A program made the translations under genes and the position numbers. A stretch of 64,000 nucleotides of DNA from Lingula anatina. Lineage: Eukaryota; Animalia; Brachiopoda. Location: positions 9,114,001 to 9,178,000 of the forward strand of contig CM120647.1 in the NCBI GenBank assembly GCA_051362555.1, in the 5' to 3' direction. Below the pieces are notes generated by a model. That model was given only the letters and a program-made list of their open reading frames with translations. It was not told where the DNA came from and did no database searches. Shown one piece after another: positions 37,510 through 50,931 of this stretch (position 1 is the stretch's first letter; the number at the start of each line of letters is the position of its first letter).

Positions 37510-38330
37510 CTAAATATATTCGGAGCGTAGCGTACCTTAGTCTTTAGCTTGCTGCCTTAGCCTTAACGTGGCCATGGGAAGGTGAGCTATGTGTGATTTC
37601 AAGAAAATGTGAAAGAGACACCTTGAGAACGACGAGAGACCGTAGTCTGAAGATCATGACAATTGAAACAACACTGAGCGAAAGAAAATGTGAAAGAGTG
37701 AAAGAAAATGTGAAAGAAGCACTGTGAGAACGATGAAAGACCGTAGTCTGAAGATCATGACAATTATGAGACAACACTGAATGAGGGGTCTGCATTATTC
37801 CAACTAAATGAACGCCCGCATTAAATATAAATAAACTGACACAGATTTAAAACTGTTTCCATTAGCCGTCCAAGTAATGCTGAAAACAACAGTGTGCTTT
37901 TTGCATGATTTTCCCTGATTCAAAATATGAAAGATTTCCATGGAAAAAATAGCATTTTATAATATCTCATTATTTATTTGCATCAGATTGAATAGTCATT
38001 ACTAGAAACTTAGTAGACTTATCATAGATTTATCAAAGCTGAGGCTGGAGAAGATAACTTATATGTTAAATCTTATGTTAAAATGATTTTTGACCCATGC
38101 TTGTGACATAGATGATATGGATGTAGCGACCAACCAAATAAATAGCTCCTCCCTACCCTTACAATATGAACACAATATTGAGACAGTTCCAAGGTAATAA
38201 TACGGCAAGAAAAAAGTTACTAATTAATAGTTATAGAGACACTGGGAGAACGAAGAGAGACCCTCGTCTGAAGATCAAAGAAAGTTTAAATCAATCATGA
38301 TAGACAATTGGTGTGCAGCTTGCGCTCTAA

Positions 38331-38524
38331 GACTCCGTTCACATGAAAAATCTATTTTCTATTCGCGGTATCTTGTGATCACTCCGAGCACAGCCGAGAA
38401 TTTATTACAGCTTTGGAAGTAACTGGCTCGCGCTGCCAGTAATTACGCCGCGGGGTATTCAGGGCACAGACCGTGATCACAAGATACCGCGAATAGAAAA
38501 TAGATTTTCCATGTGAACGGAGCC
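38331..38524. mobile_element. Harbinger-like MITE (family C, GGCTCCGTTCACATG)
   Basis: Long TIRs and TAA TSD. Same family as 45896-46131 and 50665-50931. Confidence 0.8.
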
Positions 38525-39169
38525 TAAGCGTACCCCTGCATGTAATACAATTAAACAATTATATATTTAGATAAATGTGTTTCCACCAGCCGTCTTTGTA
38601 ATGCTTGAAACGGTAGTATGCTTTTCGCACGGTATCCCAAGATGCAAAATTGGAAATATTTGGATATAGTTTTTAATTACATCTCATTATTTATTTGCAA
38701 CAGATTGTGAAACGTCATAATTGGAAACTCAGTATCGATATTTACTTGTCAGTCTATGGCAGTGTTAATTTATATATTGAGATATAAATGTGTGCCATGC
38801 TTGTCACAAAGATGAAATATTTCTGGCAACTACGGATGACACAGAACCCTTACAATATTAACCTTGATATACAGACTTGACATTTAATATGGAATATTTT
38901 TTCCAAATCATAATTCATCAGTTTTTTTCCTATTTTGCAGACTGATAAATGAAAATAAGGATCAAAATCGTGTTTTTATAACTTATGATAAACTGTTCCA
39001 TGTCATTGTGACATCAGTTCTTTAATTGACTTCGCCAATGAAGCAAACAAAACTACATTGCCAATCTTAAGTCATACGACAACCATTGAAAGCGATATTT
39101 TGGATCTCCATATTTTCCAAATTATCGTCTTTAAAAGAGTTACACGACCCACAAAGAACCTTCATGTCA

Positions 39170-40170
39170 GTGTCTAGTCACAGTAACGGTCGCCGCTATG
39201 CCTGACCTTATCCTTCTGCTACCAGAGCTTTCAAGAGGCAAGGCATTTCTTGCGATAGTTTTTTAAGAATTTAATCTGGAATAAAAGTCCAGGCAACGGT
39301 TAAAGCTTGTCCAATTTGGTTCAATTTTGTTGTAGGACATGCTGGCCGTTGATTTGGCGACTATTGACCTAACCACATATTGTCAAAGTGAATCAAATAT
39401 GGCGATTTTGATGACCAAGGTAGCTGCTCATTCCCTTGGTTCTGTAAGTTATCTGCTAATAAAAGTGCTCTGTGTGAACCAGCAATCTGATCGTGCAACC
39501 TAAAACTGTTCCTAAGGTGTCCCCTATCAAATGATAGTCAAGTGGTTCCCAGATTATTCCTTTATTTGATCTGGTTCAGGTTTTAGTCAATGACTTCCAT
39601 TGGTGTTTTGGCACCAGTGTGGTATCAACTCCAAATACTGACGCTGTTAATGGCCCTAGTCACTTCAGAAGCGGCACACACCTTGTCGTAGACCTCTTGA
39701 AGATGTCTGTAAGCTCTTTTTTGACCAATTTAGCGGTACAGGCGAAATCTGACCTCAATAAAGAAAACAACGCGGTTTCAATGTTCTACCCAGAAACGGT
39801 CATGGTCCCCAATTCATTAGAGAAACAGACTACGCTGTTCTGCTGTTTACAGTGGCCTCCTCAGAGGTGGGCTGGTATCTTAATCTGCTTAAACCAGTTT
39901 GGTGTTCGCTAAGAGACTTGAAAAACGCGCTTTAGTGACAATTTGCCCCTCATTTAAAACGGACTGGGAGGTTTTGGTTTAATTGCAGCAGCATATCCTG
40001 AAGGAAATTGAGTCCTGTATTCTGGTGGTAAGATATCGATACATTGGACGTGGTGTCTGTGTGGGTACATGAGCCTGGGCATAAGTCTGTGAAATTGTGC
40101 GGACCGTTTCTTTTGGGGCAATAATCTGTCTGGCAATGTCTTTCTTTTTCGCGCCATTCTGGCACATTTT
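39170..40170 (-). pseudogene. Degenerate Tc1/mariner transposase
   Basis: Minus-strand fragments in the expected order: MCQNGAKKKDIARQ (HTH-like), SVVCFSNE (cf. VLFSDES), EQLPWSSKSPYLIHFDNMW (cf. WPSxSPDLNPIEHLW) and ALTVAWTFIP (cf. ALxxxWxxIP), with many stops and frameshifts. Confidence 0.65.
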
Positions 40171-41851
40171 AACAATTTTGAAAAACAATACTTAACTCAT
40201 TTTACGCACTGCAAAACCGACCGCTTGCATGCAAAATTTCAATTTCTTCTATGCAATGGTTGCCGACATATGGATACTTTTTTGACAGAACCATCCCTCG
40301 CCAAAGCCAAGCTTTGACCAGCCCAAAGGAGCACTACCCAGTTAAATCAATGCATATTTAACAATGCAGCAGTGCATCAGACTTGGTAAGCAGTTAATTG
40401 GTAGAGACACACCTTTCTTCATACTTCCCCAGTCAGATATCTTATATGAGATCTGAGTGTTTTCAATAAAGAACGCATTTTTACCTAGGTATACCTTTAA
40501 AACTGAAATATTCCATATTAAATGTCAAGTCTGTATATACAGTCATGCATGTTCCACATCAGAAACGTAGCTTAACCGAAGAACCATCTAAGTGATTCCT
40601 CTATGATTACTAATAAAAAAAAATCCTTGTCACACCTCGTTTAGATAACTGCAATTCTCGTCTTTAAGGGTGTCCACAAGAAATACTGAAAAGTATGTCT
40701 GTTTGTCTTCTTACCAAGATTTTTTCCCTGATTTATCAAAAATACTTTCCTTATTTATCATTTCTCGGGTGTGCAATGCAATTGTAGTAATGGCAAATTG
40801 GGTGATAGCAGTGACGAATTTATGGATTATAGAAGATGGGCAACGTTTGGATCACACGAACAGCGAGTATATCGGCTTTCGAAGTCTTGGACTGAGAGGC
40901 TGCTGTTCTAAATAAAACTGAAGTGTCAAACTGCCATTTTATACATTAAATTGGCGTTATCCAGATCCTAAATTCATCAAAGGGGTTGATCTCCCAAAAG
41001 GAAGGTACATGTACCTGTACGCTACATAATTCTGCCAGTTTATCTGCTTAACCCACAGTAAATAAATGCAAGGGGTAACTACATATCTTGGTTAACTTCG
41101 TCCTAAATGTGCCCACAAATAGGACGGCTTAGAATAAAGCAGTAGTGCTGGGCAAAATGTTACCGGGCAATCCTTGAGCCCAGAAAAATACAAAAAAAAG
41201 AAGAATAAAAGGCAAAAATCGCAAAGAAAAAACGCAAAAAGGGGCCACGGTAATATCGGATGGTAGGCCTCGGAGTCAGGAAAGATCGAAGAAAGCACAC
41301 TGAGGCAAGTATTGACCTAAGTGGACCCTTCCCGGAAGAAAAAAAATTTAGAAACCATTCTCTTATAAGCTGCTAGGACTATACCGAAAATAGTGCAAGT
41401 TTTAACTCAATTTGCAGTTATGTGTACCAATTTTATAAAATCCGCACTTACCCAAAGGTAAATTTCTTCTCTGCACAGTAATTTCTGCCTCTTCTTGGAT
41501 ACCTTGGTACCTTGGGTAAGTGTGTCTTCTGAGATATTCTGGCTTTTCACTTTGTTTTCGTGGCTGGCTAATTAACACACGGCAATGTGTGAATAAGCGA
41601 GCTGTATGAAGTAACTAATATACAGGCCAGGGATTAATCACCAGCATTTTCATCATGTGCCATCATCGAAACTGTAACGAAACTGAGGGTCCGTGTGACA
41701 GAAAGTCCGCCTTCCATATAGTTATAATGGTTACGGTTAGCCTGACCTAAGTGGGTCAAAATCTAGGGCGAGGCTCACCTGCACAAATGAATGAGAAGCG
41801 GACTCTCTGTCATGGGGGATACTCTGTCACGTTACACCGGGACCAACTAAC

Positions 41852-42380
41852 ATGGATCATCTTAGAAACCAGGTAGTTTCATACAGTGAAGGTGGCCTCA
41901 GAAAATCCGACATTGCCAGACGACTGGGCCTTCCAAGGTTTACTGTTATATATAAGAGTACTCCAGAGCCGAGCTGCGAGCGGCAGTGTAGCTCTTGGGG
42001 AAATCCACTGTTCTAACCCAAGCCACTAACAACCGCATTGACTGGATCATTGACTGCATTCAGAACAAATTGTTCGGTGGACTAACAGATCCGCGGATAA
42101 ATATGGCCGTCCCGCTTAAAAGCGATGCCGCTAATCCCCTGATGGGTTCCCCTCCTCCAAACGCACCGTCGCTGCAGGGGCCTAGCAATTAAACATCAGA
42201 GCCGGGATTTTATCCGTTTAATGGCGCGTGTGGAGGCAGGGATATCATCAGTAATTTAAGTGGCTTGCTTTTAAGCGGGGTCGGCCATATTTAGGCGGCG
42301 GATCAGTTAGTCCGCGGATTATCTGTTCTGAATGCGCTCATTATCAACCCTTCCAGCACAACGCGCACTTAATCTGCCAT
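41852..42380 (+). pseudogene. Tc1-like transposase N-terminal HTH relic interrupted by a MITE
   Basis: MDHLRNQVVSYSEGGLRKSDIARRLGLPRFTV.. resembles the paired-like HTH of Tc1 transposases. It is frameshifted and split by the family-B MITE at 42052-42340. Confidence 0.45.
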
Positions 42381-42625
42381 TATCATTGCTACAGCATACA
42401 GGCCCATCATATGCTTTCTCTTTCCCCCCATACCGTAAATAACTGTAGATTCAAACATGGTTACAGAGCAACAACGATGGTAAAGAAGCCTAAGATCACA
42501 TGTAAAGAAACCTAACAGTTGTGCTGCTTGTGCATTGGAACCATGTGGTCTTGACATATGATTCCAGATATCATTTCCTCCCATGTGATAGCCGTCTACG
42601 AGTGTGCCTTTTTACCTTAGAACAG

Positions 42626-43591
42626 GGCCTCGTAACTCGAAAGCATCGCGCATTGCGACCGAGCGCAAGCGTCTCGATTCCATAACTCGCCCATAATCGC
42701 CCCATATCAGGCCTACCCAACTACCAGACTCTACGGATCCAGAATAAACCGGTTTATCAGACCACACTACCCATTTTCAAGGTGTGTGTCAGATCGCATT
42801 ACATAGTATCAGCCACCACACCGATTTTGCCTGGTGCGCGATGTGATAGCAATGATCCTAAGCGGGGTTGGAAAGTAGTGCATCTCATCTAGATTCAATC
42901 ACTGCTGCAATTTTCCCTGTTTATGCTAAAATCTGACAATACCGCAATTTTCATCATAACCGGGATGGACGAGATTGAGGGCAGGGGTAATCCTAGAGAG
43001 GGGTGAGAAACGTCCATTGTTCTCGTCAGCGAGGCTGGCCTTTTTCAGGGTATGTACGCACAGATAAAAAACTAAGTATTGTGGGAACGTTACTAATGAA
43101 GCCACTGGTAGTACTAGTAGATATCAGCCTGTAGTCTAGAACAAGCGCCTCGATGACGAGTGAACAGTTGTCAAAAACAAAAGACCCAGGTGTGGTAGTT
43201 CAACTACTGTTCATGCGTGCCGCAACGACCAAACCTAATTGTTCCTCAAGGTCACAAAACAATAACCGTTATTGACTTAATCATAAAAGTAGCGCGTTTC
43301 CACCCCCTGATTGAGGGAGTCGTCTGTCGCCATGTTGTTGTATTCATACGACTCCTACTTGACGAAAACGATGCGCGATACCCGGATGACAGGTAGGCTT
43401 ACAAAATTTGTGATGGGGTATGATACTCTGTAATGCGATCTGACACACACCTTGAAAACGGGTAGTGTGGTCTGATATACCGGTTTATTCTGGATCCGTA
43501 GGTGCCGAGTCTGGTAGTCTGCATACAATACATTGTAGCCTCTATGTGATATCGCTATTCGCAATACGCGATGCTTTCGACTTACGGGGCC
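42626..43591. mobile_element. ~970-bp Harbinger-like non-autonomous element
   Basis: TIRs GGCCTCGTAACTCGAAAGCATCGCG / CGCGATGCTTTCGACTTACGGGGCC and CAG TSD. Short derivatives at ~20152-20297 and 57308-57455. Confidence 0.75.
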
Positions 43592-45895
43592 CAGAAGTTA
43601 CAAAAATATGCACAAGAAATCGAGGCAGCTGTAAGCGGTTCTGTTGGTGCTTTTCAATTGTTGCTATGATGTAAGCCCGTTGGTTCTTCTGGTACAGAGG
43701 TATCTTCAATGCCTTTCCCAGAGAGCCATCCAGCCGTCATTTGGACGGCAACTGGCCTTAAAAAACGGCCTGAATTTTCAAAGACGTCTTATGAAATTTT
43801 GGAAGGATGAGGGGATGGTTCGTCGGGACTGCCTTACAAAATCCTAGAAAGTAATTTGACGTACCCAGAATGTATGATGCATCCAAGTTAAATAAAACTA
43901 CAGTGTAGAGTCCCGCACTTCAACTACTCAAAATTATCAAAAGGAAAACAACTGTTCATTTTGATCAAAAATGAATTTTCCTGGGGTAAACGACATTTTC
44001 CCATATTGAATCCATTTCTATATTCAAAGTTAATTCCTGGGTTTTTTTTTCTAAAAAGTTTGTTTGTGTGTTTGTTTTTTTGTAATAATTTCTTAAAAGA
44101 TTATTACAGAGCATAGCCACCTATGGAGGTCATGTGGTCCGATGACAAGTACAAATTTCAGAATAATTACTATAAGTGTCGGTTTTTGTGGTAAAATAAA
44201 ATAAATGATATTTCCATGAGTTGTTTACAATGTATTTATTGTGAAATATAGTTCTCATACGAAGAGTTGTTATCCCTTTAAGGTAAAAAACCCGCGTTTT
44301 CTTGCTTCTAACAATACGAGATAAGATTTGCAGCTTTGAAGTAATCAGTTCGTTGTCAGGACTACTTATTGTCTTTTAGTCAAGTAACAGGCAACAACAA
44401 GACCAAACTCCACTTTTGTAGTTCGTTGTCAAGACCACACAGCTTTCCAATCATTTATATATATAGATCATTTGAGTTAGTGACACTTGGGGGTGGAAAT
44501 TTCCTATCCCATTTTATCCATGGGTAAAGACAGCTTAGTTATTTATTTATTTATTTATTTTTATTTATTTATTTTTTTTTTTTTGCTCAATCATGATTTT
44601 TGTTAACAATAATCAAGAGCCAGGCAGTGGCATAAACACCCAGGGGTAGGGCTCATGAGGTGAGCTAGCCATCAATGCCATCTAGTTGAAGTATTTTTGC
44701 AAATACAGGTAGATCTACGATTTCAGTCTTAGAGACCATTTATAACAAACTTGATCCGCGGACTAACTAGTCCAGTATCATATATGGAGCGCACTTGACG
44801 GCGAATTACCGCCCAACTACGCCTATCGTCCAAGCGGGGGCAGAGCAATGAAAGAAAGAAAAGAAAAACTACTAGCTGCGGGGATTGGGGGGGGGGGCGA
44901 AACATATAATGTACTTGAACTTTGATAGCAGTTAACTAGGACTGCAACGTCATATCTAAATGTGTCATTTAAATACCAGAAATGCATGCATACGTTTAGC
45001 TTTAAGCAGTAAACAGGACCCTAAGTACCCGTTTGCTTTTTATAACTAACTTGGTTGATTCCCCCACCCCCAATCCAACAATCCATTTTCCAGCCTCCTA
45101 CTCATTTGTTAAATATGTATAGTGAATTATCTCATTGTCCCGTTCTCATTCTCATTCTCGCTCATGCTGTAAGAGTCTATGATAGCCCTCCAAGCTGCAT
45201 ACACCTCTTTTTCGTCAGTTTTTAATACTTTCTCTAATAGTTTCCACCCGGTTTCCGCCTTCCTCAACAGGTACTCGTATTTGCTCGTAGGATTGAGAAA
45301 ATAGGTATCCAAACTATAGGTCGCTAATTGTGCAAGTCTTGCGGCTATGCATACCCATAATGCATCTAACTCCTTGCAAGAGAGAGGGCGAACCCGCATG
45401 TAGCCCGCTAGAAAGTGCCCGGCTGAGATCAGCGGGTCGCTTGACTTTGATTCTCCTATTAAGTTTGCCATTGCTGTGGCTACTTCGTACACCATGCAGC
45501 CATAATGTGAGTCGCCGAAATCAATAACCCCACTGATTACGTGACCTTGATTTTAACCTTGACCCTTGGAGGTCACGGTTAGCATGTTCCCACCTCCGAT
45601 GTCGCCATGGATTATTCCTATAATTAAACATAACATATTGAATGGAATAATGGTGCTTTCCATCATTACTATACCGAAATTTTAAAAGCACAGAGGCCTA
45701 AATATTAGTCCAAAATACATTTACTTTACACAAGGAATTTCAGTACACGTTTTGGATATATATTTCTTGAATTTTGATTGTCGACACCTATTTTAACCTT
45801 TTGCCGTTTTCCTCCTGGATGATGACGGTTTTTGTCAGATCAATTTTTAAAGCAAAACGGTTTACACAGGTATGGAGTACGTTGAAGTCGCATAA

Positions 45896-46131
45896 GGCTT
45901 CGTTCACATGGAAAGCCTATTTTCTAAAAATCTATTTTCTATTCGCAGTATCTTGTAATCATGGTCCCTGTGCCCTGAATATCCCGCAGCGTAATTACTG
46001 GCGGCGCGAGCCAGTTACTTCCAAAGCTGTAATTAATTCTCGGGATATTCAGGGCACAGGGACCGTGATTACAAGACGCCGCGAATAGAAAATAGATTTT
46101 TAGAAAATAGACTTTCCATGTGAACGGAGTC
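45896..46131. mobile_element. Harbinger-like MITE (family C)
   Basis: TIRs GGCTTCGTTCACATGGAAAG / CTTTCCATGTGAACGGAGTC and TAA TSD. Confidence 0.8.
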
Positions 46132-46581
46132 TAATACTCTCATACGTAGTTTACAATCGCAACATTTGCTTTATTTAGGCCTACTTCAAATTCCACTATA
46201 CCTTTTATTTCTTATTCCTACACCTCTTACTACTAATTCATTTGCCATTATACAATTTGTTTTATACATTTTAGCTTATGGCAGGCTACACCTTCCCCAA
46301 ATGGCTGCATTTTTTTTACAAATATTTAAAGATTACCAAAACTAGCGAACCTGTGGTGAAAAGATAATCATTTACCTTCGGGTAGGTTCACTGAGTTATT
46401 CAAAACATCCAACTGGAATCTCTTCGCAACATCTTGGATTACCCGTTTTTTCTTTGGATCTTCAAATATGTGAACATATTCTAGAAGGGTTGGAACGTTT
46501 GCAAATCTCCACCGGTCGCCACTCAGGTTGTATGATGGGTGCCAGAAATCCTGAAAACCATTCGATAAAATGATGGACTTT

Positions 46582-47026
46582 GAGTGCATTCAGAAGTTGT
46601 TGCCAGGGGGGTTCGGAGGGTTCGAAAGAACCACCCCTTTTGCTGGGAAAAGGTCCACTCTGGGTAAAATTTGATCTAGGTACATGCAGTTTTTATGGTA
46701 AAAGGTCCAATTTTTTCAGAAAAAGAACCCCCCTTTTGAAATTGCGGGCTACGGGTCTGCACGGACTTACAGATCCGCGGATCAAATATGGCCGACCCAG
46801 TTAAAAGTTAGCCCCTTATAATCCCCTGATGGTCTCGCCGCCTCCAAACGCGCCGTTCCTGCAGGGGCCTAGCAATTAAACTTCAGAGTCGATATTTAAT
46901 CCGTTTAATGGCGGGTGTGGAGGCGGCGAGACCATCAGAGGATTAAGCGGCTTCCTTTGATGTAGAGTCCGCCATATTTGACCCACGGGTCAGTAGGTCC
47001 GAGGATCATCTGTTCTGAATGAGCTC
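46582..47026. mobile_element. Family-B MITE with a nested hAT-like MITE fragment (~46600-46760)
   Basis: Ends GAGTGCATTCAGAA / TTCTGAATGAGCTC. The body matches 42052-42340. The insert matches the 27937 family in reverse. Confidence 0.7.
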
Positions 47027-47152
47027 TTTGACTGAGGTCAATTAGTTGTATTGCAGGCCACAGAAAAGAGACATCACCGAGATATATTGACAGAAATTGG
47101 TTTATAATAATTTAAAAAATAGACATAGATCACTTAGTCTTTAAAAACAATA

Positions 47153-47216
<64 letters not shown>

Positions 47217-49690
47217 GTCATAATTTATTGAAGCCAAGTGCACCACAGTTAATTTTCGCATCTTTGTTTTGAGATTTTTCACAGTCTACGTGTAGAACCA
47301 CGAGTTAAAAACAGGTTTATAAATGTAGTTTGTTATTATCTGAACATATTTGACAGAGAGTCCCTAAATGATTCATAACATTTTTAAAACTTTTCAAAAT
47401 TGTGCCTTAATGTATTTACATTATCACTACTCTTTACCTCCAGAGCGTTGTTAATTCCTCCACATATATTTCCAGCTTGATATAGAATATCAGGAGTATA
47501 TGGGACAGTGTATAAAACTTCCCCTGGTACGTAGGTTAATAAGCGCACGACATAATATTCAAAAGGAATATCTAAAAAAAGAAAAAAAAACATCGCTGAA
47601 CCCATGATAACAACGACTTATTTATCTACAATGGTGATGAAGCATGCGCAGTTAAAGGTTAAGTGTAATTTTGTAGGGTATATATGTGAAGTATATAAAT
47701 ATGTAAGCGTTTTTTATGTTCCCCCTTTCATTCAAAGTATATAGGTGATGTCCCTTTAAAGAGTGATGGGGTGAAGGTTGTGTGCCTCGTTTTGGAGGAA
47801 GAAACGCTAACTAACAGCCCCCATACAAAGCATCATTTATTTATTTTTTTAATCAAATTACCTGTCTTGTCCTTTATTGCAGTTTCTTCATATTTTTCGA
47901 TGTACAATTTTTCTTTGCTCCAAAATGTTCCAGAGGTATTTCTTACCGGTAATGGTGTTTGGATATTCGTATTATTAATTGTGACTCTCTTTTTGCTCAA
48001 GTGGAACAGCATCTCGTGTTGCCCATCTGAAATATTTACAACGGGGTTGAACTCCCACGGCTAAAATTATATTAAGAATTTTGGCATTCACACAGTACAC
48101 TTGAAATAAAATATGCACTGACTATCTTCATATCTTGACCCCAGTTAAAAAAAAGTCCCTGACTAACTCAACTAGGGTTTCCATGGGAGTGCTGTTACAC
48201 TGCTCCGGATAGGGTGAGATGTGCCCATGTAGCAATTTAACCTTGGTAATTACGTTTTTAGCCAAGGAACCTGACTTCGGTTCTTAAGTTTTTTTTTTTT
48301 TTTTTTTTTTTTTTTTGTGAAGCCTGGGCCTGGCCCCCTGCGTCCAAATGTGCCCTATATGTGTAGTTACTCGGTGCACATATCATTTTAACAGTGAAGT
48401 GTGCTGTATTTATTCAAATTTAAAATAAGGAAATCCTTAAAACGGATGTTTTAAAGTGATTCAGAGGTTTAAAAGTAGCCAACAGAGTAAAATGACACCG
48501 TCAAATGTCATCGGTTCTGTACACACTGATATCACATTGTGCTCTAAGCGACTAGTTACACGCGAACATCAACCGTGTACGACATCCATCTCTTCAGGAA
48601 TGCACCTTTGTTGTTGGAGCTACACACGCAAGAGAACAGGAGTGGTGAGAGAGTGTATGTAAACATAATTCTCTTCACCTTACCTGTATTTATAGTTCAC
48701 TTAAAAAAATAAGTTAGACCTAGTTGGGGGCATCAGTCGTGGGCTTTTTTTTAATTAAACAGGAATCCTACAGGACTCTCTGGGACTCTATACGACCCTA
48801 TAGAAATCCCATGGTACTCTATAGGAATTTATCAGACGGGTTATAGGGTTCTATAGGACCCTGTAGGTATTTGGACCAATTTACCATAAGACGTCCTTTA
48901 GGACCCTAAAGGATATTCCCGTAATAGGGTGATTATATTATAAAAGAAATCTTACCCAGGAATTCTGGCTCCCTGGAATCTTCGGCATTAAGTATCTTCA
49001 ACACAAAGTGTTCAGTCACACCTACGCTGCTTTGGTCTCCACGAGTTCTGACGGTCACGTGAAAAGTCTGGTCAAGAAAGCTGTCCTTTTCGTCCACAGT
49101 CTCGGTGGTCAAGCCGTAGAGTTTGGCCATCAGATGCTTGACCGTGCTGGTCGTCACACTTGGCCGCACCGTGAGTCGCGCCATTCGCCTACTGTTCTAC
49201 TGTACTATACTGTACTGGTACAGTTGTAGTGTGTAACGACCTTGAAGTGAAATTGTGTTTATAACTGTATTGTACTCAAAATCCGTTGATCCGGTTCCGG
49301 CTTTAAAAAAATTATGTCATTGTGAGGTTGCGTGCTTCTAACATAAAAAGGCTTTGACGTGTTGCACTGCCTGAGCTATATGAGACTGCGTTTGAATTTG
49401 ACCTAGGTCTGACATCGCCAATTAACAGTCTTGTCATTCGTCACCCGGAGGATATATTGCATATAGATAGTCGCACATTATATTTTCCAAACCAGTGGAG
49501 CAACTCCCATAAAACTTGGACATCCTTTTTATGTCCAAGCAAAAACCAAAGTGTATACACCTCCTTGCTTAAACCACGCCTAGGCTTAGAAATAAATGCT
49601 CTACTGCCTTGCTGTGTTCAACACACAAGCACGTAGTGTCCGAATATGTCCCACGCCTCGCCGCACTTAAGTTTCGCATCTTTACTTTTA

Positions 49691-50148
49691 AGGGATAACA
49701 GCACTTCGTATGAGATTTAAAATCCCACAATAAATGCATTGTAAACATCACACCGAAATATAATTAATTCCATTTTACCACCAAAAATGTGCCTATCGCA
49801 TTTTTCTGGAATATGAGCTTCTCTTAGGAGATTATTACAAAAAGCACACTTTAACAATAAAATAAACGACCAACCTTGAATGTTCAAACAGATTCATTTA
49901 CCATTGAAAAGTATGGGTACATTTTCGTTTAGACCACGGTGGAAGTGAAGAACAAAAGACTCAGGCGTGGTGTAACTCGCATAACCGCACGAATCGCATG
50001 AATGCGTTATAACCCGCTAATGGACCCGTGGTCTAAATAAGACTCACTCGTGTATGCCACATAACCCTCGCTGACTCGGGGTCTATCTATTACTTACCCC
50101 AGGTTAATCCGATTCATGGCCAAGAAGAAGAAGAGTTATTATATCTTC
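49691..50148. mobile_element. Kolobok-like MITE with a ~165-bp nested insert
   Basis: Starts TTAA|AGGGATAACAGCACTTC and is collinear with the reverse of 25191-25529 except for an insert at ~49931-50096. Confidence 0.6.
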
Positions 50149-50664
50149 TGTTCAAGCAGTGCTACCTTCAACTTAAGGCCCGGTATCTGTATATTAGGTC
50201 CTACTGGGTAGCTCTCACCGCGGGATTGGCAAAAATGATAACCAAAACGGAAACGGAATTTTTCCTTCGAATTTGAATACTGTTTAATCGGTATCTACGC
50301 AATCAACGTTAATAACTCAATCACTTTGTGATTTACAATTTCTTAGATGATCACCAAGATGCAGTGAATGTACTTCAAGTACAGAATGTGAAAATCAAAG
50401 TTTAACTTTAGTATAGATTTACCGCCTTATTTTACAATAAAGATTGTCTTATTTTCATTACATAATGGTATGGATGTAGGCTACTGTTTTCTGGTTCATG
50501 TCTTCCATTGAGATATTCTCCTTAAATGTACAATTATCTTGATGAGATTCAAATCGCTTGCATGGCAATTCTTTCGTGATTATATGAAAGAAGTGAGAAT
50601 ATTCTAAAAAGCTCTCGTCTTTCATCATCCAAGACGAAGCCAAAGCGGCCTCAGGGGTCTCTAA

Positions 50665-50931
50665 GGCTTCGTTCACATGCAATGTCTATTTTCTAAATTC
50701 TATTTTCTATTTGCAGCATGTCTTATGATCACGGTCTGTGCACTGAATATCCCGCCGCGTAATTACTGGCAGCGCGAGCCAGTTACTATAAGTTACTATA
50801 AGTTACTATAAGTAACTGGCTCGCGCTGCCAGTAATTACGCGGCGGGATATTCAGTGCACAGACCGTGATCATAAGATAGCGCGAATAGAAAATAGAATT
50901 TAGAAAATAGACATTGCATGTGAACGAAGCC
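50665..50931. mobile_element. Harbinger-like MITE (family C), near-perfect palindrome
   Basis: TAA TSD, ~120-bp arms, centre (AGTTACTATA)x3. Confidence 0.85.

Larger units (their letters stand above)
36528..38870. repeat. Old, degenerate tandem array of ~550-740-bp units (4 copies) interrupted by MITEs
   Basis: The anchor CCCGCATGAAATACAA...TTTCCATTAGC...GCTTTTTGCATG recurs near 36530, 37076, 37815 and 38534. Confidence 0.7.
45127..49184 (-). pseudogene. HYKK: Hydroxylysine kinase-like (aminoglycoside phosphotransferase family, HYKK/AGPHD1), 5 exons, ~397 codons, with an in-frame premature TAA
   Basis: Exons 49184-48956, 48026-47862, 47571-47438, 46550-46376, 45617-45127, all GT-AG and phase-consistent. 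Motifs: LYGL..DSFLDQTFHV, FVLKILNAEDS, VRLLTYVPG, GIIHGDIGGGN, GVIDFGD, GHFLAGY..RPL. TAA at 45555-45553 lies between HGD and DFGD, so this is a pseudogene, a null allele or a base error. Confidence 0.85.

Noticed and set aside
45547-45558. Micro-intron GTTAAAATCAAG that would remove the HYKK stop
   Set aside because: 12 nt is far too short for spliceosomal splicing.
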